DNA of 54,739 bases. It comes from Alphaproteobacteria bacterium (lineage in GTDB: Bacteria > Pseudomonadota > Alphaproteobacteria > GCA-2731375). Under the pieces are notes generated by a model. The model saw nothing but the letters and a program-made list of their open reading frames with translations. It ran no database searches and was not told where the DNA came from. The stretch spans positions 1-54,739 of the forward strand of contig JAPKBD010000001.1 in the NCBI GenBank assembly GCA_028824965.1. Reading direction: 5' to 3'. The translations under genes were made by a program, and so were the position numbers. Positions 27,052 through 37,367 of the stretch are shown in pieces. The number at the start of each line of letters is the position of its first letter. Position 1 is the stretch's first letter.

Positions 27052-27984
27052 TCAAGCAAAAGCGAAGCCCATGGTGCGGGTGTGATAATGCAATCCGCCA
27101 TCCTGGACGATCAGGAATAACGCCCGCTCATCACCTTCATTATGGTGCGAATGCACAGAACCGGGCGGCGTCACGGTGGTGACCCACGGGCCCCAGTCTT
27201 TGCGTTTGCCATCTATCATGGAAAAGCAATCCGGGCCATTGATCACCAACGCCACGGCAACGGAATTATGTTTATGTCCCGGCTGAACCGCACCCGGCTG
27301 CAGGGAATTCATGGCCAAGGTCAGGGTGGGTAGGATATTGCGCCGTTCCGCCTGTTGGTCGGACGAGAACAAAATCGCCATGCCTGCTGTACCGCCCTGA
27401 TCCACATCGTAGATTTTTTGTAACTGGCGTTCGATCTCCGCAGCCGGATAGTGAACGCAGGGCGTAACCGCCTGATCTTCGGGTGGTGGCGCCAGACCTT
27501 CAAATGTCAGGCAAGGTTCGTTACCGGCAACCCACAGCACTGCACCGCCCGGACCAGCCGTCAGCTGGTGTTCCCCGCCCCCCGGCAATAGGAACACATC
27601 ACCAGGCCCCCAGGCGAAATCTTCGTCGCCGCAAACAGTCCGGCCCTCACCCCGGATGACGTACCAAATAGAAGCCGTTGCTGCGAAAGCCGCTGTCAGT
27701 TTTTCGCCAGGCAAAATAGTGCCATAGCGCGCCAGGATCAGGGGCGCTGTGGCAGGGCCTTCGCAGTCCATCTCCACTGACAAATCACAGGCAATGAAAC
27801 CCGTGACCGCGTTGGCGGACATTGCGGCGGCGGGCTCTTCCGAAAAAACATGGTCCGGCACGTCGCTGGCTTTTAAAGCAAAGGCGTTGGCGGAATTAAA
27901 GAACCGTGCCCGCCCGGCAGCCTCGCTCTGCGGCGCTTCAGGCATTTGCATGGGCATATCGGCCATAGTCAATTTGGAGGTCAT
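27052..27984 (-). CDS. Bicupin protein, gentisate/hydroxy-aromatic ring-cleavage dioxygenase-like
   Basis: ATG at 27982-27984 (minus strand) has an AGGAAA SD. There are two cupin modules. The C-terminal one has HKH...and GSVHSHHNEG His-rich metal motifs. The N-terminal one has GEKL...WYVIRGEG. Confidence 0.65.
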   Translation of the reverse strand: MTSKLTMADMPMQMPEAPQSEAAGRARFFNSANAFALKASDVPDHVFSEEPAAAMSANAVTGFIACDLSVEMDCEGPATAPLILARYGTILPGEKLTAAFAATASIWYVIRGEGRTVCGDEDFAWGPGDVFLLPGGGEHQLTAGPGGAVLWVAGNEPCLTFEGLAPPPEDQAVTPCVHYPAAEIERQLQKIYDVDQGGTAGMAILFSSDQQAERRNILPTLTLAMNSLQPGAVQPGHKHNSVAVALVINGPDCFSMIDGKRKDWGPWVTTVTPPGSVHSHHNEGDERALFLIVQDGGLHYHTRTMGFAFA

Positions 27985-28160
27985 TGGGTTTCCTAATTGC
28001 AGCGGGGTCCATGGACAGCTAACGACGGGATAAAGTCCAAGGCAAGTCATTTGACCATGGCCGGGAGGCAGGTCGATTTTGCTGTTTCGGTGAAATGGCC
28101 TATCCTTTCAGAGCATAATGAGAAACCACGACATCGAGACTAAATGGAAAGGCCATCCCC

Positions 28161-29318
28161 ATGAGTCAGAAAGTTACCGAAAAAGTTATTTCCGCCGACT
28201 GTCATATTGATCTGATCTGGCTGCCGCCTGATCTGTTCACGGATAACGCCACAGCGGCCATGAAGGACCGCATGCCTTATGTCACGGATGGCCCGAAAGG
28301 CCCGATCTGGGTTTCCAAAAATGGTAGCCAGTTTGGCCTGCAAAACGGCATGGGATCGGCCGGGCGTGAATATGTCCCAGGCGTCATCCACCGCTCCGAC
28401 CGGATGGCGGAACAAGGCCTGTTTGAAGACGGCAAGAACGGCATTCGCCGCCTGACCGAACCTGATTTGCGGATCAAGGATCAGGACCTGGACGGTGTCG
28501 TGGGTGAAGTGCTGTACGGTATTTTAGGTGGTGCAGCCCGCCTGAACGACCCGGATGCCGCCACTGTTATGATGCAGATCTACAACGACTGGCTGGCGGA
28601 TTTTTGCGGTGCCCACCCTGATCGCCTGGCCGGCATCGCCTCCATCCCCGGTCATGATATCGACGCAGCGGTGGCGGAGATTGAGCGGGTGGCCAAACGC
28701 GGTGCTGTCAGCGGCATTGAAATCCCCTCTGTGCCCGACGGTAAGCCCTTGTATCACAAGCATTGGCACCCCGTATTTGCCGCCGCCGCAGCCTCTAAAC
28801 TGCCCCTGCATTTTCACACCGGTGGTGCCAAGGCACCTGATTTCGAAGCAATGGAACCGTTGGAGGCACGCCAGGCCTTTGCCGTCTTTATCACCGCGTT
28901 TCAAATGAACATGTCTACTAAGTTGATGGAGGTGATTTTTGGCGGCGCGCTGGAAAACCACCCGGACCTGAAGGTCGTTATCGCCGAAAGCGGCATTGGC
29001 TGGATCCCCTATATCCTGGAACATATGGATTTGGAGTGGGAGGATCAGTTCAAGGACCTGACCCTAACCATGAAGCCATCGGAGTATTGGTACCGCCAAT
29101 GTTACGCCACTTTCCAAAGTGACCCGGTGGGCATGCATTTGGTCGATCAACTGGGCGAAGACAATATTATGTGGGGTTCAGATTTTCCCCATCCCGACGG
29201 TATCTGGCCTGACAGTCACGAGTTTATTGAACGGGAAATGGGGCATTTGTCTGACACCGTCCGGCAAAAAACCACCTATGACAACGCAGCGAAACTGTAT
29301 GGCTTTCCAAAGCGGTGA
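28161..29318 (+). CDS. Amidohydrolase_2-family metal-dependent hydrolase/decarboxylase (paralogue 2)
   Basis: VISADCHIDL, LHFHTGG and WGSDFPHPDG motifs. 385 aa. Confidence 0.85.
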   Translation: MSQKVTEKVISADCHIDLIWLPPDLFTDNATAAMKDRMPYVTDGPKGPIWVSKNGSQFGLQNGMGSAGREYVPGVIHRSDRMAEQGLFEDGKNGIRRLTEPDLRIKDQDLDGVVGEVLYGILGGAARLNDPDAATVMMQIYNDWLADFCGAHPDRLAGIASIPGHDIDAAVAEIERVAKRGAVSGIEIPSVPDGKPLYHKHWHPVFAAAAASKLPLHFHTGGAKAPDFEAMEPLEARQAFAVFITAFQMNMSTKLMEVIFGGALENHPDLKVVIAESGIGWIPYILEHMDLEWEDQFKDLTLTMKPSEYWYRQCYATFQSDPVGMHLVDQLGEDNIMWGSDFPHPDGIWPDSHEFIEREMGHLSDTVRQKTTYDNAAKLYGFPKR

Positions 29319-30982
29319 GCCAGGATTTGAGTATGGACCCAACGCCGTGGCACGAGACCACGACCCTGGCTGATCTACCTGGCCTGGCGGCTGCCCGTTG
29401 GGGTGACCGTCAGGTCTTGTCTTTCAAGGCGCACAGGGAAACCTTCAATGAGCAATCCGCACAGATTGAGCGGGTCGCCCGCGGCCTGATCGCAGCCGGC
29501 GTGACGCCTGGCGAACGGGTCGGTGTGTGGTTGAACAATTGTCCTGAATGGATCCACCTGCTGTTTGCCATCGCCCGCATCGGTGCCGTTCAGGTGCCTA
29601 TCAACACCCGCTTCAGAACGGCGGATGCGGCCTATATCATTGGCCAGGCTGAATGCAGCACGTTGATCACCCATGACACCTCCGGCCCCATTGATTATGG
29701 AGCCATGGTGGATGAGATGGTGCCCGTGGCTGAACGGATCGATGATGGTACGATCAACGCCAAGGATTTCCCGGGTCTGGCGCGTATTATCATCAAGACG
29801 ACAGATGGCGCTGCGGACGCCCCCCACGGCACGACGCATTGGCGTGAGATGTCGTTGGAACCGGGTGCTGACTTGGATCGGGAGCTGCAATCCCGCGCAG
29901 CGGCGGTTGTACCCACGGACCCGGCCTTTATCATGTACACATCGGGCACCACCGGGTTTCCAAAGGGCGTAGTGCGCAACCATAGTTTCCTGCGCAATCA
30001 GGTTGATCGGGTGCGTATCCTGGGCACCACTGAAACAGATGTGATGTACAATTACCTGCCGCTGTTCCATATCTTCGGATATTTGGACGGCCCGCTTCTC
30101 TCCATGGCCACGGGGAACCGCCAGATACTGGCGGAGACATTTGATCCCGAGGCCTGCCTGGATGCGGTGGAGGCCGAGGGCGTGACCCAACTGTCCGGTT
30201 TTGAAACTCATATGAAGGGTTTGGTTGAGGCGCAAAAACGTCGGCCTCGTGATATCTCTTCCCTGCGGATCGGCATCTTTGGTGCCGGCACCAACAGTGC
30301 CGTACCTATTATGCGTGAGGGGTTGGAAGTTTTGAAACCGTTCCGTCCCGTGACCGCCTATGGCATGACAGAGATCGGCGGCAATGCCTGTCTGTCGTTT
30401 ATGGATAGCAACGATGAACAGATCTGCGAGACATCCGGCCATCCCTGCGACGGGTTTGATTTTCGGGTGATAGATCCCGACACAGGCCAGGAACAGCCCC
30501 AAAATGTACCGGGCGAAATTATCCTGAAATCCTATAACCTGATGTCCAGCTATTACAAAAAGCCGGAAGAAACCGCCAAGGCCTATAATGCAGACGGTTG
30601 GTTCCTGACCGGCGACATGGGTTATATACGAGCCGATGGTTTTCTGCGTTTCCTGGGCCGCTACAAGGACATGTTGAAAATTGGCGGCGAAAATGTCGAC
30701 CCCATGGAAGTGGAAGCCTATTTGCAAGGCCACCCGGATGTGGCTGAAACAGCCGTTGTCGGCCATCCCGATGAACGCCTGACGGAGGTCGCCGTGGCCT
30801 TTGTCATAACAAGACCGGGACGCGCACCATCGGAAGATGATATTCTGGATTATTGCCGGGGCAAAATCGCCTCCTTCAAGATACCACGGCATATTATCTT
30901 CATCCCAAACCTACCCATGACTTCAACGGGTAAAGTTCGCAAAGTGGAACTGCGAGAGCAGGCCCAACAAACGCTGGCTTAG
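29315..30982 (+). CDS. AMP-forming acyl-CoA synthetase / ligase (ANL superfamily)
   Basis: YTSGTTGFPKGV AMP-binding motif, YGMTE, GDMGY and a C-terminal GKVRK. GTG 29315 overlaps the upstream stop (GTGA). ATG 29333 is an alternative start. Confidence 0.9.
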   Translation: MSQDLSMDPTPWHETTTLADLPGLAAARWGDRQVLSFKAHRETFNEQSAQIERVARGLIAAGVTPGERVGVWLNNCPEWIHLLFAIARIGAVQVPINTRFRTADAAYIIGQAECSTLITHDTSGPIDYGAMVDEMVPVAERIDDGTINAKDFPGLARIIIKTTDGAADAPHGTTHWREMSLEPGADLDRELQSRAAAVVPTDPAFIMYTSGTTGFPKGVVRNHSFLRNQVDRVRILGTTETDVMYNYLPLFHIFGYLDGPLLSMATGNRQILAETFDPEACLDAVEAEGVTQLSGFETHMKGLVEAQKRRPRDISSLRIGIFGAGTNSAVPIMREGLEVLKPFRPVTAYGMTEIGGNACLSFMDSNDEQICETSGHPCDGFDFRVIDPDTGQEQPQNVPGEIILKSYNLMSSYYKKPEETAKAYNADGWFLTGDMGYIRADGFLRFLGRYKDMLKIGGENVDPMEVEAYLQGHPDVAETAVVGHPDERLTEVAVAFVITRPGRAPSEDDILDYCRGKIASFKIPRHIIFIPNLPMTSTGKVRKVELREQAQQTLA

Positions 30983-30987
30983 ACCCT

Positions 30988-32148
30988 TTGACCGATCTCT
31001 CAGATCACGACGGGGCGGATAAAAGCTGGCGCAGCCTGTGGTTTTCATCCGGCGCACTGTCGTTGGCGATTATCGGCGATGCTTTGTTGTATGTGGTGCT
31101 GCCGGTCAATGCGGATCTGTTTGGCGTTTCGTTAGCCTGGGTCGGCATTCTGCTGGCCGCCAACCGCATCGTGCGCACGTTCACTTATGGCTTGCTGGCT
31201 GTGCTGGGTGAGCGGATCGGGATCAAAAACCTGTGCGTCCTGGCCACGATCACCGCTATTATTTCGACAGCACTTTATGCCTTGGTGGATGGCTGGGCCG
31301 CTTTATTGGCAGCCCGCATTCTCTGGGGATTATCCTATGGTGCTTTGTTATTGGTCGCCCTGGGCTACGCTGCCGCCGATCGCGCCCGCACAGGTTCACG
31401 GGTCGGGGTCAGCCGCGCCATCGAACAGGTCGGGCCCCTGTTGGCCTTAACGTTAGGTGCCTGGTTGGCCGGCATCGTCGGGCCACGGGATGTATTTTTT
31501 TACATGGCATTGGCGACCTGTGTGGCAACACTGTTTGCCCTCCAATTACCGCGCCGGGTCGCACATGTGCCCACGTCCAAGACCAACCGGCTTCGTCTGT
31601 TTCCCAAACCTGACCGCCTGGACGTTTTGATATTCTGGATGGGCTTTGGCGTTGACGGGGTTTTCACCATGACCGTCACCATCATGCTGGCAGAACACAT
31701 GGCCCTGGAAGTCGCCATGCTGGCGGGTGGATTTCTGTTCTCCGGACGCCGGGTCGCCGAAATGGTCGCAGCCCCTTTATCGGGTGCCATCGCGGATCGG
31801 TTTGGCGTTCACAAACCTTTGATCTTGGCCTCGCTTTTGCTGGTGGCTGGGTTCGCAATTGTCGGGTTTGGCTGGCTGTATGTCGGTGCTGCAGCCATTG
31901 TCGTATCGCGCGGCGCACTGGGAACTTTGATCCCGGCGGCGGTGGCCCTGTTCGCAAAAGGCCCGGTGCTGCAACCTCTGGCGCGAAACCAAACCTGGCG
32001 GGATGTGGGTGCCGCCGCCGGCCCGTTGAGCACTGGCTTTGTTTTGGCCTGGACGACGCCTGAAATCCTGCACCTGTTTTTGGCCATAATATTTCTGGTT
32101 AGCCTGCTATGGCTCGTTGCGTCAACGACCTGGCGGCAATTGCAATAG
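30988..32148 (+). CDS. MFS transporter (12 TMS)
   Basis: 386-aa hydrophobic profile with an MFS-type loop motif (DRARTGSRVG). TTG is the only available start in frame. Confidence 0.72.
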   Translation: MTDLSDHDGADKSWRSLWFSSGALSLAIIGDALLYVVLPVNADLFGVSLAWVGILLAANRIVRTFTYGLLAVLGERIGIKNLCVLATITAIISTALYALVDGWAALLAARILWGLSYGALLLVALGYAAADRARTGSRVGVSRAIEQVGPLLALTLGAWLAGIVGPRDVFFYMALATCVATLFALQLPRRVAHVPTSKTNRLRLFPKPDRLDVLIFWMGFGVDGVFTMTVTIMLAEHMALEVAMLAGGFLFSGRRVAEMVAAPLSGAIADRFGVHKPLILASLLLVAGFAIVGFGWLYVGAAAIVVSRGALGTLIPAAVALFAKGPVLQPLARNQTWRDVGAAAGPLSTGFVLAWTTPEILHLFLAIIFLVSLLWLVASTTWRQLQ

Positions 32149-32204
32149 TTCCCGCGCAGCCTATATTTCGTAAAGGCATTTACTTTCGTGAATGGGGGAT
32201 GGCT

Positions 32205-32579
32205 ATGACCCAGAATACTGTGAATATCATTGATTCTTACGGTGCGGCGTGGCTGGAACAGGATGAAAACGCCCGTCGGGCCATGCTGGAAACCGCCTGG
32301 AACCCCCAGGGCACTTACACGGACCCAAGCGTCGATCTGACGGGCCGGGACGCCTTGATTGCACATATCGGCAGTTTTCATAAAAACATGCCCGGCGCAC
32401 AGATTTTGATTACCAGCGGTGCCGCCGTACATCATGGCAAGTTCCAATTCACCTGGAAAATGCTTGGCGCGGATGGCAAGCTGGTGATGAACGGTGTCGA
32501 TTTCGGCGAACTGGACGGAGATGGACGCATCTTCAAGATTGTCGGCTTCTTCGGCTCACCGCCAGCATTGGCGCACTAG
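32205..32579 (+). CDS. NTF2/SnoaL-like fold protein (~124 aa)
   Basis: IIDSYGAAWLEQDENARRAMLETAW...GTYTDP... is the typical SnoaL-like cone-fold pattern. The start is ATG 32205 (GGGGG about 6 nt upstream) or 32199. Confidence 0.65.
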   Translation: MTQNTVNIIDSYGAAWLEQDENARRAMLETAWNPQGTYTDPSVDLTGRDALIAHIGSFHKNMPGAQILITSGAAVHHGKFQFTWKMLGADGKLVMNGVDFGELDGDGRIFKIVGFFGSPPALAH

Positions 32580-32605
32580 AACAAAAAAACTTGCGGGGGA
32601 AACGA

Positions 32606-33850
32606 GTGTCAGAAGATTTTGATGTCGTCATTGTCGGCGGCGGGATCACGGGCAGTGCCATGGGTATTGTCCTGGCCCGATCCGGCGTGCGTGTAAAAGT
32701 TTTGGAGCGGGATAGGATTTATCAGGATCGCGTGCGCGGTGAATTCATGGCCAGTTGGGGGGTTAAGGAATTACAGCGCCTGGGCCTGGCGGATATTCTG
32801 ACCGAGGCGGGCGGCATTTTTGTCGATCACTTTATTCCCTATGACGAAAATATTCCGGCTGAAATGGCGGAAAAATTCGCTTTTGAAATTCCAACCTTAG
32901 GACCGGATATACCGGCAACCCTGTGCATGGGGCATCCGGCTATGTGCAAGGCCTTGAACCAGGCGGCGATGGCGGCAGGTGCAGAGGTGGTGCGTGGCGT
33001 GAAATCCATCAAAATTCAAAGCGGCGGCAAACCATCTGTTTCCTATAAGCTGGATGATGAGGAATATACACTCCAACCGAAACTTCTTATCGGGGCTGAT
33101 GGCCGCAATTCCGTGGTTCAACGACAACTTAATTTCGAGATGCAGAATGACCCGCCCCACAATCTTTTGGGAGGCATGTTGGTTGAGGGCAAAACCAGCT
33201 GGCCCCAAAACGCCTTTACCGCCGGGACCGAAGGCAACATCCATTTTTTGATCTTTCCCCAAGGTAAAGATCGCCTGCGCCTTTACCTTTGTTACGACTT
33301 CGACGATCGGGCGCGCTTCACGGGCCCGGACCGGGAGAAAAATTTGCTGGAAGCGTTTCGCCTGAAATGCCTGCCCATGGGTGAGGAGATTGCCCAATGC
33401 AAACCCATCAGCGCCTTCCATTCCTATTCCAATGAAGATCACTGGACGGATAACCCAACCATGCCCGGCATCGTTCTGATCGGTGATGCGGCGGGCCATT
33501 GCGATCCCATTACCGGACAGGGTTTATCCATTGGACTGCGTGATGTCCGCATTGTCAGTGATATCCTGGCGCAGAACAATTGGAACCCGGATGATTGGAA
33601 CCAGACCTCTTTCGCGCCTTATGTGGAGGAGCGGCAGGAGCGTATGCGACGCCTGCGCGTTACGGGTCGGTACATCACGCGGTTGCGGGCGGAATTCGGC
33701 GAGGAAGCCCGACAGCGTCGCGCCCGTGCATCGCACCGAACAAATGTCGAAGGGTTCCCATCACCAAGCGCAAGCGCACTTATCGGGCCGGAAGCCCTAC
33801 CGGCGGAGAACTACGAACAAAGCATTGTGGACGCTTTGTTCGCGCCTTAA
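32606..33850 (+). CDS. FAD-dependent aromatic-type monooxygenase (group A flavoprotein hydroxylase)
   Basis: DVVIVGGGITGSAMG (GxGxxG), GADGRNSVV (DG motif) and GDAAGHCDPITGQG (GD motif). GTG 32606 with GGGGGA upstream is preferred over TTG 32591. Confidence 0.85.
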   Translation: MSEDFDVVIVGGGITGSAMGIVLARSGVRVKVLERDRIYQDRVRGEFMASWGVKELQRLGLADILTEAGGIFVDHFIPYDENIPAEMAEKFAFEIPTLGPDIPATLCMGHPAMCKALNQAAMAAGAEVVRGVKSIKIQSGGKPSVSYKLDDEEYTLQPKLLIGADGRNSVVQRQLNFEMQNDPPHNLLGGMLVEGKTSWPQNAFTAGTEGNIHFLIFPQGKDRLRLYLCYDFDDRARFTGPDREKNLLEAFRLKCLPMGEEIAQCKPISAFHSYSNEDHWTDNPTMPGIVLIGDAAGHCDPITGQGLSIGLRDVRIVSDILAQNNWNPDDWNQTSFAPYVEERQERMRRLRVTGRYITRLRAEFGEEARQRRARASHRTNVEGFPSPSASALIGPEALPAENYEQSIVDALFAP

Positions 33851-33926
33851 GGGATATTCCGAACTATGATGGAAACATGGATGCGCGGACTAAGTCCATG
33901 CATGACAGCTTAGCCAATTTTTCGTC

Positions 33927-33949
33927 ATTGCCGGACTTGATCCGGCAAT
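33927..33949. other. Perfect 9-bp palindromic stem-loop between convergent genes (REP-like; no U-tract)
   Basis: ATTGCCGGA-cttga-TCCGGCAAT. It lies between the monooxygenase (+) stop and the amidohydrolase (-) stop. Confidence 0.4.
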
Positions 33950-33969
33950 CCATGATCACCGGGTTCCGT

Positions 33970-34944
33970 CTAAGCAAACAACCGCGCTGCTGTCTCGCCC
34001 AGGATCATTTGCTTTTGTGCATCTGTCAGGTCGGCGTCTTCAACAACCTTCAACGGTTCCGTATCGCCGATCGGGAAGGGGTAGTCCGATCCCAGCATGA
34101 CCTTGTCATGACCGCAGCAGCCGCACAGGTAGTTCAGGGCATCGGGGGCAAACAGCACGCTGTCGAAATACAGCTTCTTAAAACCCGCCACGGGGTCGGC
34201 ATATTTGCCGGGGTGGATTTCATAGTTCCGCGCCAAACGACCCAGCATATAGGGAATGGCCCCGCCGCCGTGGGACAAGATAAAGTTCATTTTCGGGTAT
34301 TTCACAAAATGCCCAGCGAACAACATGCGTGATACAGCCGTGGTTGTGTCGCTGCCGCGGCCCACGGCGTTGATCATGTCATAATCCAGTAAGCGTGGAT
34401 CACCACAGCCAAACATGGGATGGCAATAGACCGTCGCTCCCAGATTATCAGCTGCTTCCCAAAACGGGTCCAGGCCCGGGTCATCCAGGTTGCCTTCGCT
34501 GCCCCTGCTTTGGGTACCGATCATCACGCCCTTGAAACCTGCACCCAGCGCCTCCTCCAGCACCCGTGCGGCCCGCCTGCCATCTTGCAACGGCACACTG
34601 GCCAGGGGGGTCAGGCGGTCCAGGCCGTCGGTGCCGCTCAACTGAAACTCATTTAGAAACCGGCTCCACGCCTCACCCTCTTCGGCCGGCAGCTCGTAAC
34701 CAAAGCTGTCCAGCCAGCCACCAACGATCTGGCCGTCAATGGATTGTTCATCCATCCAGGCCAGACGCATTTCCGTATCACGAAGTTTTGGCGACAGGGG
34801 GCGCGTCGGGGCCCGCCCGGCAAAAACCAATTGATAGCTGTCCTCGCTGTGCAGCAATTCGACATTCGGGAACTGCCCGATTTTGTTCTGTAGCGCCGCC
34901 AGCATGGATTGCGGTGTGTAATGGGCGTGGGTATCGATAATCAT
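33970..34944 (-). CDS. Amidohydrolase_2-family enzyme, ACMSD/aromatic-acid-decarboxylase-like (paralogue 3)
   Basis: MIIDTHAHYTP (HxH), VYCHPMFG, ILSHGGGAIP and GSDYPFP. It is last in the Mo-hydroxylase operon, with a 4-nt start/stop overlap. Confidence 0.85.
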   Translation of the reverse strand: MIIDTHAHYTPQSMLAALQNKIGQFPNVELLHSEDSYQLVFAGRAPTRPLSPKLRDTEMRLAWMDEQSIDGQIVGGWLDSFGYELPAEEGEAWSRFLNEFQLSGTDGLDRLTPLASVPLQDGRRAARVLEEALGAGFKGVMIGTQSRGSEGNLDDPGLDPFWEAADNLGATVYCHPMFGCGDPRLLDYDMINAVGRGSDTTTAVSRMLFAGHFVKYPKMNFILSHGGGAIPYMLGRLARNYEIHPGKYADPVAGFKKLYFDSVLFAPDALNYLCGCCGHDKVMLGSDYPFPIGDTEPLKVVEDADLTDAQKQMILGETAARLFA

Positions 34945-37367
34945 CTAGGCTTTTCCATCGTTGAATTTTTGGCATTAATGAGGGCTTCAATTTTATGCAT
35001 GCGCATTGGCAGCTCGTTAATCTGTTGTCCCAACGGGGCCAAGGCGTCATTGACGGCGGAGGCAATGGCCGCCGGGGCACCAAGATAGCCACCTTCCCCC
35101 GAACCCTTTTGGCCGTGGGATGTCAGGGGCGATGGCGTGCAATGTTCCACATCCTTCACATCAGGAATTTCATGCACGGACGGCATCAGATAATCGGCGA
35201 AAGTTGCGGTCAGAAACTGCCCTTCATCGTCATAGGAGAACTTCTCGTACAGCGCCGCACCGATGCCATGGGCCAAACCGCCGATCACCATGCCGCGCAC
35301 AATGTCCGGGTTGATCACCGTGCCGCAATCATGGGCGATGGCGTAATCCACCACCGTTACCCGCCCCGTGCCCGGATCGATTTCCACATACGGGATATGG
35401 GCCTGAAAAGAATAGCACGGATAGACCTGCACTCGATTGTTCTCATCCGGCAACTGGCCGCCACCCGGCACCTGAAAAATATACTGCGCCTGAAAGCCCG
35501 GCTCCATCCCGTCGGGCAATTTGTGATAGGCGCGATAGGCGATAAAACAAATCTCCGCCCAGGTTAATTTGTGGCTGGGGTCATTCCGGTCAGAAATAGT
35601 GCCGCCTGCATATTCCAGATCCTCGATGGGTCGATCAAGATTGTGGGCCGCGATGGCCATGGCCCGGTCCTTGATCTTACCCGCCGCACCTGCCGCCGCA
35701 CTGCCCAGCATGATGGCCATGCGGGATGCGATAGGGCTGCGGGTCGGCAGGGCGTTCAAACTGTCGGCATGAACGATACGGATGTCATCGGGATCGAATT
35801 GTAATTCTTCGCCCAAAATAGTTGCCATCATGGTTTCATGGCCCTGGCCTGATGTGGTCGTGCCCATGATGCCGGTAATCTTTCCCTGCGCATCGACGCG
35901 CACTTCACAGCCTTCCATGAAAGTCGTGATCTCTGCCGTAGGGTCCATCAGGTATTCGAAAATATTGTTGCCGCCGCCGGGTTCCAACACCGTTGCGATG
36001 CCAATGCCCGCCAGGCGGCCTTCCGCGCGGGCCTGATCACGGCGGGCCAACAGGTCATCATAGCCAGCCAGGTCCAAAGCCTTTTGTAAAACGGTTTGAT
36101 AATCACCGCTGTCATATTTGCTGCCGGGGGGAATTTGATAAGGGAATTCATCCGCCTGGATCAGGTTGCGGCGGCGAACTTCCAACCGATCCAAACCAAG
36201 ATGGCGTGCCACATGATCCACCGCCGCTTCGATCATGTAGTTGGTGGGGGCCTGGCCAAAGCCACGCACGGGCACCTGTCCGGATTTATTGGTGCAAACG
36301 GAAATCGCCTCGTACTTCACGGAGTTGATTTTGTATGGCCCAACAATGGCGCTGATCGGTTTGGCCAATTGGAACGGCGCCCTCCCCGGATAGGCACCCG
36401 CATCATCCAAGGCACGGATTTTAAGGGACCGAATAACGCCGTCGTTATTGAACGCCACATCCGTATCAAATATGCGATCCGGTCCGTGGGCATCACTACC
36501 CGCCATGTTGGCCAGGCGATCCTCAATAAAACGAACAGGGAGATGGAGTTTGCGCGATAGATAGGCCACCAGCACGCTTTGCTTGATGCCGCGCTTCACA
36601 CCATAACTGCCACCCACATCAACATCCTGGTGCAGGCGAATGCTGTTCAGGGGATAGCCCAAGGTGGTCGCCATCAATTCAACAAAATTAGGCATCTGGA
36701 TCGAGGCCCAGATATCCAGGATCTCCGTCCCTTCGTCCCAACTGGCCAGGGCACCGAAAGTTTCGATGGGCACAGTGGAACTACGCCCCCACCGGGCCCG
36801 AAATGTCAGGCTGTCATCGGCGGCGGCAAAATCTTCATCCACCGCCCCCCACAGAAAATTGCCATGGTAAAGCACGTTGCTGCCATGACCGGGATGGACC
36901 AGCAGGTCCTTGTCTTCAAATGCCCGTTCGGGATCAACGATGGCGGCCAGCGGCTCATACTCAACCTCGATCAAATCCAAAGCATCTTCGGCGATATAGG
37001 CATCGTCGGCCACGACAATGGCGACCCATTCCCCCACATAACAGGTCATGCCCACGGCCAGGGGGTACCAGTTGATCTCCGGCAATTTCAGGCCCAGGCG
37101 GATCGGATTGCAATCCACCGCCATCTGTTCCCCGGTCAAGACCATCTGCACGCCGTCCAAAGCCTCTGCCGCCGCCGTGTCGATGGACAGAATGCGGGCG
37201 CGGGGATAGGGGGATGGCAGCACGGCAGCATGTTTCGTAAAGGGCAGATTTACATCCTGGACATACTTGCCCTTGCCCGTGACGAAACGCTTGTCTTCAC
37301 GCACCCGGCGTTTATGGGCCACGTAATGCAGGTTTTTGCCGAGATGCTCGTTCATCACCGTATTCAT
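34941..37367 (-). CDS. Molybdopterin-binding large subunit of a xanthine-dehydrogenase-family hydroxylase (808 aa)
   Basis: The aldehyde-oxidase/XDH a/b-hammerhead and Mo-binding domains are present. The active-site-loop region reads VPVRGFGQAP, and the C-terminal catalytic Glu context is GQKGSGEGG. Confidence 0.9.
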   Translation of the reverse strand: MNTVMNEHLGKNLHYVAHKRRVREDKRFVTGKGKYVQDVNLPFTKHAAVLPSPYPRARILSIDTAAAEALDGVQMVLTGEQMAVDCNPIRLGLKLPEINWYPLAVGMTCYVGEWVAIVVADDAYIAEDALDLIEVEYEPLAAIVDPERAFEDKDLLVHPGHGSNVLYHGNFLWGAVDEDFAAADDSLTFRARWGRSSTVPIETFGALASWDEGTEILDIWASIQMPNFVELMATTLGYPLNSIRLHQDVDVGGSYGVKRGIKQSVLVAYLSRKLHLPVRFIEDRLANMAGSDAHGPDRIFDTDVAFNNDGVIRSLKIRALDDAGAYPGRAPFQLAKPISAIVGPYKINSVKYEAISVCTNKSGQVPVRGFGQAPTNYMIEAAVDHVARHLGLDRLEVRRRNLIQADEFPYQIPPGSKYDSGDYQTVLQKALDLAGYDDLLARRDQARAEGRLAGIGIATVLEPGGGNNIFEYLMDPTAEITTFMEGCEVRVDAQGKITGIMGTTTSGQGHETMMATILGEELQFDPDDIRIVHADSLNALPTRSPIASRMAIMLGSAAAGAAGKIKDRAMAIAAHNLDRPIEDLEYAGGTISDRNDPSHKLTWAEICFIAYRAYHKLPDGMEPGFQAQYIFQVPGGGQLPDENNRVQVYPCYSFQAHIPYVEIDPGTGRVTVVDYAIAHDCGTVINPDIVRGMVIGGLAHGIGAALYEKFSYDDEGQFLTATFADYLMPSVHEIPDVKDVEHCTPSPLTSHGQKGSGEGGYLGAPAAIASAVNDALAPLGQQINELPMRMHKIEALINAKNSTMEKPR

